A DNA stretch of 64,000 nucleotides from Cyanophora paradoxa CCMP329 (GCA_004431415.1 QPMI01000479.1:1-64000), one strand, 5' to 3'. Shown: positions 10,276-21,198, numbered from the stretch's first letter. Notes: generated by a model not told the origin, from the sequence alone. Made by a program: numbers and translations.

Positions 10276-11816
10276 AGGCACCTGTAAAGTCAACTCTCAT
10301 TGTGGGAGCATTCACATACACAAGGGATAAATGCGAATATATCTTATTCTCAGAGAATAACCTATGTAAAAAGCATCCTTGATGCTGAGAGGGAACCCAC
10401 TCAATAGAGCCACATCACCAGAGTTGTGAGCATTGTTAATGTTCTCACAGACATATATTTTGTTTTGCCCATCTGATCGAATAAAAGACCAGTTGATCCC
10501 ATCAGTGGATGTTGCCACATTGAAAGTCTTAATAAAAGCATTGGTGTCCCTGATCCATAGGCAATCACAGAGGAGAGTTCAAAAGTATATGGAAAAGCAA
10601 CTTGAAGGTATTCAGTGGGGTTTCCCATATCTGCTCAGGAGCATAGGCTCCAGCTTCCCAGCCAAATGCTGAAGGTCTAGCCATGAAAGGCTCTTTACCA
10701 GTCACAGAGGATGAGGCAGTGAAGGCATCATCTGCAAGCTGATACCAATTAGCATCTAAAGGAGGTGACTCTGTGAGAGTGGATGAGATGTAAGCCTTTG
10801 TAGGGTTCTTTAGTTCATAGTTTGCTACTAGTAGGCTGCAAAGCTTATTAATCATATCATTGTTTGCTGCAATGTATGTTTCAGTGAATGCTAGCATATC
10901 TGGGATTTTAGAAGTGTCATCCAGAGAGCTTACTATATGATTTGGAAGAGGGACTGATAGCCTATAGTATCTCCCATAATCCTGATCATAGTTGTATGGT
11001 AACAACTCCTCCATCTTATCAAGGGCAGAAAGCTCACTTGCAGCCATGAGCATGTTAATCAATGGGCTTCCATCTGTTGAGGCAATCCATGAGAGAATTC
11101 CCCAGCTGTTTACAGTCTCATAAGCATAACCCACATAATCAGACTCTAAATGTGGGTCCACCTCTCCACAAGAGATACTTATTACTATAATGTCATCATC
11201 ATCACTGTAAATCTTCTTTGCATGGCTGTAACCACACACACTGGGATTATTGTTTCCCGAAATGGCACCATCAATGAGACAGACATATACCCCCGATTGA
11301 AATCAACAATGCTTACAGGAGAGAAATATGTAGGAGCAGCAGAGGTAGCCCTAGCAGCAATCTTACAAGGCAGAAAGTTGTAATTGTTATCATTTGTGAT
11401 AAATATTGGTTTCATATTCTGAGTATCAAAGGATGTGATCACAATGTCCTTTAGGGAATCCTGTATTAGTGATTCCCCAGTAACTGAATTGATTGCAGTC
11501 TCCAAGGGTCCCACATCATACTTTGTATTAAATAGGGCATTTTCGATTATATTTCGAGGATTTGCGAAAATCAAGGGCAGTTGGGCTAGGTAAATGTTGT
11601 GTAAATCGTTTGCTGTGAGTTTAGGTTCACCTGGTTTATCAGGATGCCTTATATTCAAACCTATTGCAATGATCCACCAGTGGAAGTTCCACTCACAAGA
11701 TCCACAAGATCGATTATTCTCCTGCCAGTTCGATTTTCGATTTCTTTTAGCAGCCTGGTTATGATAATGCCCCTTGCACCCCCGCCAGAAAGACTTAAAA
11801 CGACCTTGAGAGGCAT
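10265..11816 (-). CDS. Patatin-like phospholipase fused to C-terminal F5/8 type C (discoidin) domain (frameshifted)
   Basis: From the ATG at 11816: LSLSGGGARG, nucleophile GTSTG, ARATSAAPTYF, LIDGA. C-terminus: FTASSS..., EYLQVAF, TFNVATSTDGINW, RYIRIYP, MRVDFTG. Confidence 0.85.
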
Positions 11817-11859
11817 CTTTTACTTATCAGGAATTTTATAAATCCATATAGTAAAAGCC

Positions 11860-14800
11860 ATGAGCTTCAATTACCCACCAAATCTAGAAACCATTCAAGA
11901 TGATAATGCAAGCAGCACCAAGCATGTGAACTTTGATAATATTAAAGTAAAGGGTTCAGTTTCAATTGACCACAGCTCTGATAATTCATCAAAGACTCAA
12001 TCAAGGGAGCATGCTTTATCTGTGAATCAAACCGATCCAGATAAAGAGGAGGTCAGTGTTGCTTTTAGTTTGGGTAATGTGAAAGCAAACCAAGTGGCAG
12101 AGATCAAAGCAACAAGAAGGAGACCTAGGAAACTAAAAACCAGTGGCACCCATCCAGATATACCTTCCAGGTTCGATAGTGGTCGATTGATTTTCAATGT
12201 TCAAGATGAGCAGGGCAAACAGAACACAGCTTTGCGAATTTACAATGAGGGCAGCACTGCAAAAGCTGAGGTCCCCAAGTATTGCAAGTGGGTCCCATTG
12301 CCAACACAAATCAGGTCTCCTACACAAATGATGTATACCCCAAGGATATTACATATGACTTTGCGAGGAATGAGCCTTTTGGGTTTTTACTCCAAAAGAT
12401 GTCCATCAAAAAAAGCCATCAATTACAATCAACAGTAGCCCCAGTCAACCAGTAGCAATCCATTTACACCCTGATTTAGTCGAAATGGATAGGCACCTTT
12501 TGCCTTTGTATAGCAATGTGAAAGACCTTGGAATTCGAACCAGGCAATGGCGAAATATCCATGGCAGCAATGTGTATGCAAATGGAGAGAAGCTTGTAAG
12601 TGAGAAAACTCTAAGGGAAATCATTGAGCATTATGGTCCCAATGGACCTACTGTCCCATTCCCTATTCCATTTCCCAATGGACCACCCGATTTAACACCA
12701 AAGAAGCAACCTGGAAGAGAATACACAGCAACTGAAGATGTAGCCTTTGGGCAGCATATTGTAAGTTGGGAGCAAGTTCGCAATAAACCTATAATTGAAC
12801 CAAGAAAGCAAATAGATGAGCAGTATTTACCTCCTGAAATCGATATATTAGAGCTTGAAGAATATCAATTCGTTCCAGATGAGGAAGAGTATTTACCAGA
12901 TGGTTTTGACCCACAAGAGTATGAGTATGATCAATTTGACCCCAATGAGGAGGAGATACTACCAGATGGCTTAGATCCACAAGAGTTTGAGTATGAGCAG
13001 AACTATGAACCTGATGAGGAGTATTTGCCAGATGGGCATGATCCACCAGCTGTTGATTATGAGCAACCTTATGAACCCCATGAGGAATTACTACCAGATG
13101 GATTTCGACCTGAGATCTGGGAGTTCTTTCCTGATTATGAACAAATTAATAATAAACCTGCAAAGTATCCCCAGAGGATCACAATCATGATTGGGATGAG
13201 ATCTTAGGCAAACCTCAAAAGTATCCACCAGAGGATCACAGGCATGATTGGGGTGATATTGATGGAATACCAGAAGAATTTCCACCAAGCAAACATGAAC
13301 ATATTTGGGATGAGATTAATGACCAACCAGAGTTTGCAAAAGTGGAGCCTTTGGCAACCCTAGGGTTTCTCTTTACCAGACTTGCAATGTCCCTGAAAGG
13401 ATCTTTTTGAATGAACACTATGTACATGTGAATGGGACACTTGCGAATTCAGGTATGAGAGGACCACTTCATATTAGGACATTACCAGGCTCTTTTGAAA
13501 CCCCACCAGAACCAGGAGCAACCATACCAAATATCTTTGTGTCAAGCTACATGGAGGTTGACATACCCACAGATACTTTTAGAGTTCCAACAGACCCAGC
13601 AACCTACCAAAATTACAATGCAGCTATACAGGTTCATGTTGCAGATGTGAGCAGTCTGGATGGATCAAGACCAATGATAGTTTTCAGTCGAGATAAATAC
13701 TCCTACATTCCCATAGTGGGAACTGCAAATGATAATTATGGAAGGGCAGAACTTGCATGGATAAAAACGAATTATGGTGGGGTTCTGGAATCCAATCAGA
13801 GGATGGCTGCAAAAAACATACACAACGAGAATATATCAAGAGTGGTCACAGAGGATTACCTTACTGCTGTAATACTTGTAAATTTCGTAACTCTTGCTAT
13901 GCTTGGAGATTATGTAACAAAACCTGAACTTGCAGATGAATTATCAAAATATCTTCCGCTTGTTGGTGGGACAATCACAGGAAATCTAAGAGTCAATAGT
14001 AATATTTACAGCAGCAATATTGAGACCAGCAATCTTAAAGTAATTGAAACTCTCACAATTGGTCCAAGTAATTTGCACACACTGAATCAGATTATCAGGG
14101 AATATTATCCCATCACATCATCTTATGATCCCGCCTTAAATATTTCAAATTGCATTTTTGCATGGAAAGCCTCAGGAACAGATGGACAATCAGCCACAGG
14201 AACAACCGTTTATAGTCGAATATCATCAATCATACCATCTCTTCCTGTCGTTGGAAATCCCTATTACTCCACCGGGATAAACAACCAAATGAGTTTGACA
14301 ATTGGAGCAGATGCCGGTTTTGCTTTGTATTCGTATGTATCAAGAACTATTGATTACTCAAATGGATTAACCTTTTTCTTTGTGGGAAGATATGGAAGAG
14401 CTACAAGTGGGAATGATGTCCATTTTAGATGTGACAAAACAACAACTCCAAATAGACGTATTTCCTATGGAGCAAATACTTGGGCATCACTTGGTATCAG
14501 TTCATTTATAATCAATGCCGTAGGTCAAACAAAACCTTCGTTCAATGTTTCAACATTTGCAAATCAATGGTATTATTCCGACCAAACAATAACATCAGAC
14601 AGCTACACAGTAGGATTTAATGGAATTGATATAGGAACGATCACAGGAACAAATTATTTACCTGATTCGGTAGTTAATTTATTTGGAATAGGTTACCTCA
14701 ATGGTGGTAGCATTTGTGAAATCATTGTTTTCAACAGAGCATTAACGGCAGAAGAAAAACAGAACGTCAGGTATTACATCCAGCAAATGTATGGTTTCCC

Positions 14801-17581
14801 TATAACTCAACCTCTTTCAACATCTATTGCGTTAAAGATCACATCACCTGAAACAATAATAGATAATCTCACTGTTATTAGTAAAGCAAACCTTCCAAAC
14901 TATCCTACAAATGATGTGGTTCAAAATTGGATACGAAACCATACACACACCAAAGGTCAAATAACAGATTTCGCACACAAGCATTTATGGGAGGATATCA
15001 CGAATCCACCATTAACCTTTCCGCCTGATATTCACACTCATGATTATACCCAGATTACCAACTGCAATCACAGACACCCATGGAGCGAAATTGATCAACA
15101 ACCAGTATTTGCACAATTGAATGCAATCGGAAATATTTTTAATGGAGTTACACTTTACCAATCCAGTAATACAGCTGAAAGGTTATATTTGAATGATCAT
15201 TATGTCAGCCTCAATGGGACTTTTACAGGTCAAACAGGCACCCCCATGGTGGGAACTCTTGCAGTAAGATTACCCAGGGATCCTATTGTAAATGGAGCCT
15301 ATGATGGAGATTTTAATGTTAGTGTGACTGATACTTTCCCAGTATCTATGTAACGAATTATCACCCAGGAGAAACAGGACAAGAAGAGAATTTTTCAGCA
15401 GCAATTCAAGTAAATGTAACAGATCAAAGCGCATATGATGGAGCAAGACCTAAAATAGTTTTCACAAGGGAGAAAGTTGTAAACTACCTTCCTGTTGCGG
15501 GACAACCCACAGATGATCACGGAAAATGTGAGATGGCGTGGATAAAAACGTTATCAGGTGGCGCCTTAGAAGTCAATCAGAGAATGGCGGCGAAAAACTT
15601 ACACAATACCACCCTTTCCGGTGTTGTTACAGATGATTATTTAGAAAACAAAGATTATGTTACAAATACAGAATTACAATTAGCTGTTACAGATTTTGTT
15701 ACAGATACCGATTTAACGGCGGCACTTGCTAATTATCTACCTCTAACAGGTGGAACTGTAACAGGTACTGTGAATGCTACCACTTTACAAATTGGCGGAA
15801 CCACAATACCAAAAGGTTACGATTTCGACCAATTAGATGTGGTCTCATCAGATAGAAGCCCGAATAATTGGACTGTTACAGGATGGATACCAAGAACCGG
15901 ACAAACAGGATGTTATACAACACCAGCAAATGATGAAGATTGCAGCGGTTGTTGGATGAGGTGGGTTGTTCCGACAGGTATGAAATCGTTTTATATTCAG
16001 CACATGCCTTGGGGTAATTGTAGATATTTCGATATCTACGGGCAAACTGTTAATGGATATCAACATTTCTTAAAGCGTGTAAATGCTTATCAAGTAATTC
16101 AGGAAGTTAATCAAGGTGGAACACACAATTGTATTTTGTTTGTCTCTATTAATTGCGAATTCTACAAATATATTTATGTTCAAGGTCGAAAAGGTCGCAT
16201 TCATCTTACGGGGGTTTTCGGTTGGAGTAGACAAAGAGCAACGGATAATGAGGTTGGTATGATCTCTTGGGATAATATTTTTAGTAAACCATCATTTTAT
16301 TCAGCCGCAGACCTTCCACAAACAGCGACATGGCCAACAAATACATGGTTAAAATCAACCGACACTGTTCCGCGAATTTGGTTTGGAAATGGTGATTGCA
16401 CATATATTCGAGGTTATGGAAATAGTGGTGGTGTTTCAATTGAATTCAGAGACTCAGCAGATGGAGCAATATTAAAGTCTTATAACAATGGTAACTTTTG
16501 GGTGAAAAACACTATTACAGCGACCACTATTAATGCTACAACAGATCTTCAAATAAATGGTAATGCTGTTCCAAAGTTTCACACAGCAGATAAAACAAAA
16601 GGAGGTATTGAATTTAATAGATGTTCTTATGGCGATTGGACATGGGCGTGGAGTTCAGCATGGGATCCACATTATAATTATGGTTCATATGTTCATAATA
16701 ATCAAACGGATGATCAAACTTCTACCGCTTGGATTGACTTCGATATTCCAGAAGGATATCACACAGGAACAGCGTTTTTAACTTATCTACCTTGGACTAA
16801 CTCACGAATTTTTGAAATTTGGGGACTGAATCGACAAGGGAATGAAGTTTTTATTACATCAGTGAATAGTTATCAACCATACGCCACATCGCCTGATGGT
16901 AACCACAGTGGTGTAAATAATGTTCCGATACATCTTGGTAATCGATTTCTCACAATTCGAATTAGACCAAAGATTGGAAGAGTTCACATTATGGGTATAA
17001 GTTACATGAAAATATGGGTAGGAAATAGTTATGGTGGTCACACCGGCTATATTCATTGGAATAATGTTTATAGTAAACCAAATATCTTAACAGGAACTGT
17101 GGGGACTTGGTTTAATTCCAGTGATGGATATAATCGAATTCATTTCGGTAACAATGATTCTACATATTTGAAAGGAAGAGGAACTTATCCAATAAGATTT
17201 CGAAATGAATTAGATTCTAATATTTGTTGGATCGATCATGACGGGCGGATGTGGATAAACAATTATTTAACACAAGGAAGTGACAGAAGATACAAAACCG
17301 ATATTAAAAAGATAACCGGCGCTCTTTCAGCAATTGAAAAATTGGAAGGAGTGAGTTTTAAACGAATTGGGAGTGAAAAAGACGGAACAAAATTAGGTTT
17401 AATTGCGCAAGATGTAGAAAAGGTAATACCAGAAATTGTAAGTGTCACAAAAGAAGATGGTTACCTTTCTCTCGAATACACGGGTTTAATTCCAGTTCTC
17501 ATTGAAGCTGTGAAGGAGTTGTCCCAAAAATGCAAAGATCTACAGGATCAAATAGACCAAATTAAAAATGTCAAAGTATAA
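11860..17581 (+). CDS. Giant modular fibre/spike protein with C-terminal Peptidase S74 intramolecular chaperone (ORFs 11860-12438, 12485-13207, 13407-15353 and 15533-17581 read as one ~1,900-aa gene)
   Basis: Frames run through the inter-ORF gaps with single-base shifts. Motifs: fibre motif KDLGIRTRQWRNIH, HxH repeats, LamG-like EIIVFNRALTAEE, and terminal SDRRYKTDI...LGLIAQDVEKVIPEIV...YTGLIPVLIEAVKEL. Confidence 0.85.
12850..13140 (+). repeat. Coding acidic repeat (EExLPDGxDPxExEY, ~5 units of ~20 aa)
   Basis: GAGGA...CCAGATGG recurs at roughly 60-nt spacing within ORF 12485-13207. Confidence 0.85.
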
Positions 17582-17584
17582 TAA

Positions 17585-17890
17585 ATGGCGACCTATCCTC
17601 TTGGTGGAACCACCTATTCTACTGAGCCTGTTGCGCTTTCTTTTGATACAATCACCCTTGTAAACGCATTACAAACAGTTGAAAAAACGATTCAGCAAAC
17701 TAACAAGCTCTCACCAGTTGTCAATGAGTATAAAAACCTCTTGGTTAATGTCCTTGCTCAAGCTGCATATGGTGACCCTGTTGCTAAATACACTGAGTGT
17801 GATAACAACATTAAAGCAATGACATCCAACCTGCAAGTTCTTTCAACTGTTTACCAATCCCTTGGATCGAATTTAATCACTTTGGCTTGA
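17585..17890 (+). CDS. Small helical viral protein downstream of the fibre
   Basis: Intact 101-aa ATG ORF starting 3 nt after the fibre stop codon. Confidence 0.65.
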   Translation: MATYPLGGTTYSTEPVALSFDTITLVNALQTVEKTIQQTNKLSPVVNEYKNLLVNVLAQAAYGDPVAKYTECDNNIKAMTSNLQVLSTVYQSLGSNLITLA

Positions 17891-17929
17891 TTGCAGTTTA
17901 TTTTTCTTTCCTTCTTAGTAAAAGAAGCA

Positions 17930-18784
17930 ATGGGTGAATATAATCGAGTTCAACTGCCTATATATTCCCTTGGATCCCCTGCAATGCATTTTCGCCAGCA
18001 TGAAGTAAATGATGAGGTTCGTGGTTTAGAATCCACAGAGAGACCCAATTCCAATGGCAACTCCTTTGATAAAAATTCGATTATTCGAGTTAAAGAGCTG
18101 AGAGCTGATAAGAATTCTGGTGTGGTTAAAACAACTCGACTTCTTGTCACAAATGCTAACTTTTTCCAGCCTACCAATGGAGGTCCTGATGCTTACAGTG
18201 TTGATCTGAAAGCCCTTGATTTCGATAAGAATTCTGCTGCTGTAACTGTGAGATCAGGAGGAGCATTTATTGGTGGTGGCTGCAGAGTTTCAGGTCAGCT
18301 ATCTTCATCTGTTTCCTACAATGATGTCCCAGATACTCTCGAACAAAATGTGGAGAACCCACAACGAATTCGTTTCTACACACCTGTTGCACAGCAACCT
18401 TTTTTGCATTTCTATGTTGCATCCTCTGTAACTCTTGAGAATTCGGAATTAGTTTCCATTACAGGAACTGATCGAGTAAGAAGAAATATTCCTCTTCCCA
18501 CTGCAATGCTTTCCATGTGTAGAGCCAATAATAATCAACCAGGACACAACTACTTATTCTTTGTTCAAGCTTCGAACCATTTTGGCAGAGGATATTGTGT
18601 TTATAACAATTTGACATTTACCTATGATCTGTTTGTCACTGAGGTTGGAGTATACAATACTATGATTATGGGACTGAGAACAGATATAGCAGCTGTATCA
18701 GCACTTCGTGGGGTAAATGTTGCTGATATATTCACAACAGGATTTTACCAAGAATTAGATGTAATTGATGACCCAACCCCATAA
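17930..18784 (+). CDS. Short fibre/spike-like protein, paralogue 1
   Basis: ATG at 17930. Shares ELRxDKNxGxVKTTxLLVTNANF and SGGAxIGxGxRVxG with the next gene; C-terminal GVYNTMIMGLRTD. Confidence 0.65.
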   Translation: MGEYNRVQLPIYSLGSPAMHFRQHEVNDEVRGLESTERPNSNGNSFDKNSIIRVKELRADKNSGVVKTTRLLVTNANFFQPTNGGPDAYSVDLKALDFDKNSAAVTVRSGGAFIGGGCRVSGQLSSSVSYNDVPDTLEQNVENPQRIRFYTPVAQQPFLHFYVASSVTLENSELVSITGTDRVRRNIPLPTAMLSMCRANNNQPGHNYLFFVQASNHFGRGYCVYNNLTFTYDLFVTEVGVYNTMIMGLRTDIAAVSALRGVNVADIFTTGFYQELDVIDDPTP

Positions 18785-18807
18785 AAGATATATCCCTTTA
18801 ATGTAAA

Positions 18808-19641
18808 ATGGCTGAGCAACCCCCACTTGAACGAATTATTACACCTCAACTATCATTAGCTGCCCCAGCAAACCATGTTTTACAGCATGCTACTTTTGAT
18901 GATGTAGAGGGTCTCCAATCAACAGAGGTCCAACCTACAATGAACACCTTTGGTTCCACCCATAAACTGAGATTACAGGAACTCAGATGTGATAAAAATA
19001 ATGGAATAGTTAAGACAACTAAGCTACTTGTTACCAATGCAAACTTTTCTGCTCATTATGGAGACCCAGATAGCTATGGAGATCCTCTTTCTACTTATTC
19101 TTTTGAATCTAGGTCGGGAGCTATTAACTGCAAATCGGGGGGAGCTTATATTGGTGATGGTCTTAGGGTTGGTGGGGCTGTTGGAGCGCCTCTATTTGTG
19201 AATGATCAACCCAATCCCATTGATCCCAACACAAGAATTCGAACCTATGTCCCCAGCATGAATGCCCCCTATATAATCAAGATATTCCCCATTGTTGTAA
19301 ATGAACAAACAGCAGTAGTAGATTCTCTTGTTGAGATTGGTGACCACTACAAGGTAGTTGTGGATATTCCACCAGATGTTTATGCTGTATGTCAAGTGGA
19401 GGGTGGAACTCCTAATTTTGCAGTTGTGATCACCCCATATGATAATTTCGGAATTGCTTATCATGGAGTCAATTTCGGTTTGGAAGACTATCAGTTTCTT
19501 GTGAGAGCCACCAAGTTTGGTATCTACAAGTGTGTGATGTTTGCAGAGAGAACCGATTTTATTGCAAAGCAGAATACCTATGCTGAATACTATGGGACAA
19601 ATCGATATTTTCCCATTTTTGGGCAGGATACTGCTCCATAA
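18808..19641 (+). CDS. Short fibre/spike-like protein, paralogue 2
   Basis: Intact 277-aa ORF and clear paralogue of 17930-18784; C-terminal GIYKCVMFAERTD. Confidence 0.65.
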   Translation: MAEQPPLERIITPQLSLAAPANHVLQHATFDDVEGLQSTEVQPTMNTFGSTHKLRLQELRCDKNNGIVKTTKLLVTNANFSAHYGDPDSYGDPLSTYSFESRSGAINCKSGGAYIGDGLRVGGAVGAPLFVNDQPNPIDPNTRIRTYVPSMNAPYIIKIFPIVVNEQTAVVDSLVEIGDHYKVVVDIPPDVYAVCQVEGGTPNFAVVITPYDNFGIAYHGVNFGLEDYQFLVRATKFGIYKCVMFAERTDFIAKQNTYAEYYGTNRYFPIFGQDTAP

Positions 19642-19663
19642 GAATATTGGTTATATATAGAGT

Positions 19664-19936
19664 ATGGATAGTAAAACAAAAAAGTTTATTGATGCTGCTA
19701 TGACAGTTCATGGTAAAGATAAATTCGATTACAGTGAGACACATTACATCAAAGCTCAAGAGAAAGTATCTGTGAGATGTTTGCAGTGTAATAAAGTGAT
19801 CCTTACCTATCCCTTTAATCATGTGAAGGGATCAGGTTGTAGGGAATGCAACAAAAAGCATTCTCAGGCTTACAGGAAAAGGGCTACTTCATCAATCAAA
19901 GTAGAGTACAGGGATATTTGCATTAGGTTCGATTAG
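19664..19936 (+). CDS. Stand-alone zinc-binding domain of the DUF723/homing-endonuclease-associated type
   Basis: KFIDAAMTVHGKDKFDYSETHY...VSVRCLQC...PFNHVKGSGCREC; no nuclease domain follows. Confidence 0.75.
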   Translation: MDSKTKKFIDAAMTVHGKDKFDYSETHYIKAQEKVSVRCLQCNKVILTYPFNHVKGSGCRECNKKHSQAYRKRATSSIKVEYRDICIRFD

Positions 19937-19965
19937 GATTAATTAATTTTTCTAAGGTATTCTTA

Positions 19966-20364
19966 ATGGAGACTAAATACAGAGGCTTTCATGTAATGCT
20001 TGATTACAAGGCTAAAACAGCTATAGCAACAGGTTATGAGCATGTTAGCTTCCTAGGTAATTGGATTATGGGAACCCTTGAACAAGCAGTATTGAGACAA
20101 GGTATTAGGATTGTTCATAAGCATTGTGAGATATTTGATGGCAAACTATCACCTCCTGGTTTTGCATTGGTTCTGCTATTAGATGAAAGCCATTGCACAG
20201 CTCATTGTTATTCCAATGAAGGCATGTTAGCAATTGATATATTCAGTTGTGGTAAAGAAGCTCAGCATAAAACACAAGCAGTTGCAGATGAGATCGATAA
20301 AACAATGAATTTCCTCACATTTGAGAAGACTGAGAGACATAAACATGATAGATTCCCGTTTTGA
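19966..20364 (+). CDS. speD: Prokaryotic-type S-adenosylmethionine decarboxylase proenzyme (AdoMetDC/SpeD family)
   Basis: 132 aa. GFHVMLD, PPGFALVLLLDESHCTAHCYSNEGMLAIDIFSCG, with the E|SH autocleavage site and the D(I/V)F(S/T)CG motif. Confidence 0.88.
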   Translation: METKYRGFHVMLDYKAKTAIATGYEHVSFLGNWIMGTLEQAVLRQGIRIVHKHCEIFDGKLSPPGFALVLLLDESHCTAHCYSNEGMLAIDIFSCGKEAQHKTQAVADEIDKTMNFLTFEKTERHKHDRFPF

Positions 20365-21000
20365 TAGGTTTATATAATGATAATCAGGGTAATTTACCTT
20401 TTTTATTACAAAAGCTTTCTACAATGATTATTTTCCGGATTCCGGTCATTCTTTACGATAGAAATTCTACTGTATGATGTAGCCGAAATATGAATGCACC
20501 CTACATTAAGCAATGTCAAATAATTAGAATAATGTTCGATTTCCTTACACTAAAACCTCAGCATCTGCCCTAGATTCCCCCTATAATTAAAGTGGAATCA
20601 AGGTTGACTCATATTAATCGATAGTATATGGATTTTGTTACGAATTCAATGCAAGGTTGACTAAGTGGTTGAGTTGACTCAATTTCACAGAAATAACAAT
20701 GAATCAGAGTATAAATGCATTTTTTTTGAATCAACTACACAACTAACTGAGATAGTAGAAGATATCATATAGTATACCATATATGGTTTGTCAGCACTAT
20801 AATATAGTTGTCAGCAGTAATATAGTATGTCAGCATTGTCAGGCACCTTTTAGAAACTTTTAAAATTGAAATTTCATGTTAATCCAAACAATGACTTAGC
20901 CAAATAAAATACTTTATGAAATCGATAGATTAATGCTGACAATAAATGCTGCTGAAAGATTAACACCAACTAACACTGAGATTTTCACAATATATGAGGT

Positions 21001-21111
21001 CCTTACTGAATATGGTATGTGTCACAGGTGTCACAGGTCTATCCCAAAGTTTTCTATAGCATAAAAATGAACTCTCAAAAGTTTGGGATGGACCTGTCAC
21101 ACCTGTCACAC
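21001..21111. repeat. Inverted iteron-like array B
   Basis: GTGTCACAGGTGTCACAGGTCTATCCCAAA...TTTGGGATGGACCTGTCACACCTGTCACAC; homologous to 4250-4378. Confidence 0.85.
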
Positions 21112-21198
21112 TCGATTATTTCATTTGTTTATTCAAGTAGAATTACATAGATAAACTTCTTACTTATTGTTACTGAGTTTTTCATTATAAAAGAGGCT

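Noticed and set aside
549-15360. Programmed ribosomal frameshifting or an alternative genetic code
   Set aside because: The breaks are numerous, scattered frame changes in nearly every gene, without consistent slippery sites or in-frame stop reassignment.
13150-17250. Diversity-generating retroelement or shufflon acting on the fibre
   Set aside because: The internal repeats are old protein-level duplications without adenine-specific differences. No RT or invertase lies in the visible element.
11860-19641. Bacteriophage/prophage origin suggested by the S74 tail fibre and speD
   Set aside because: The core genes are A32 ATPase, double-jelly-roll capsid and pentons, with no terminase/portal, and the flanks are intron-rich eukaryotic DNA.
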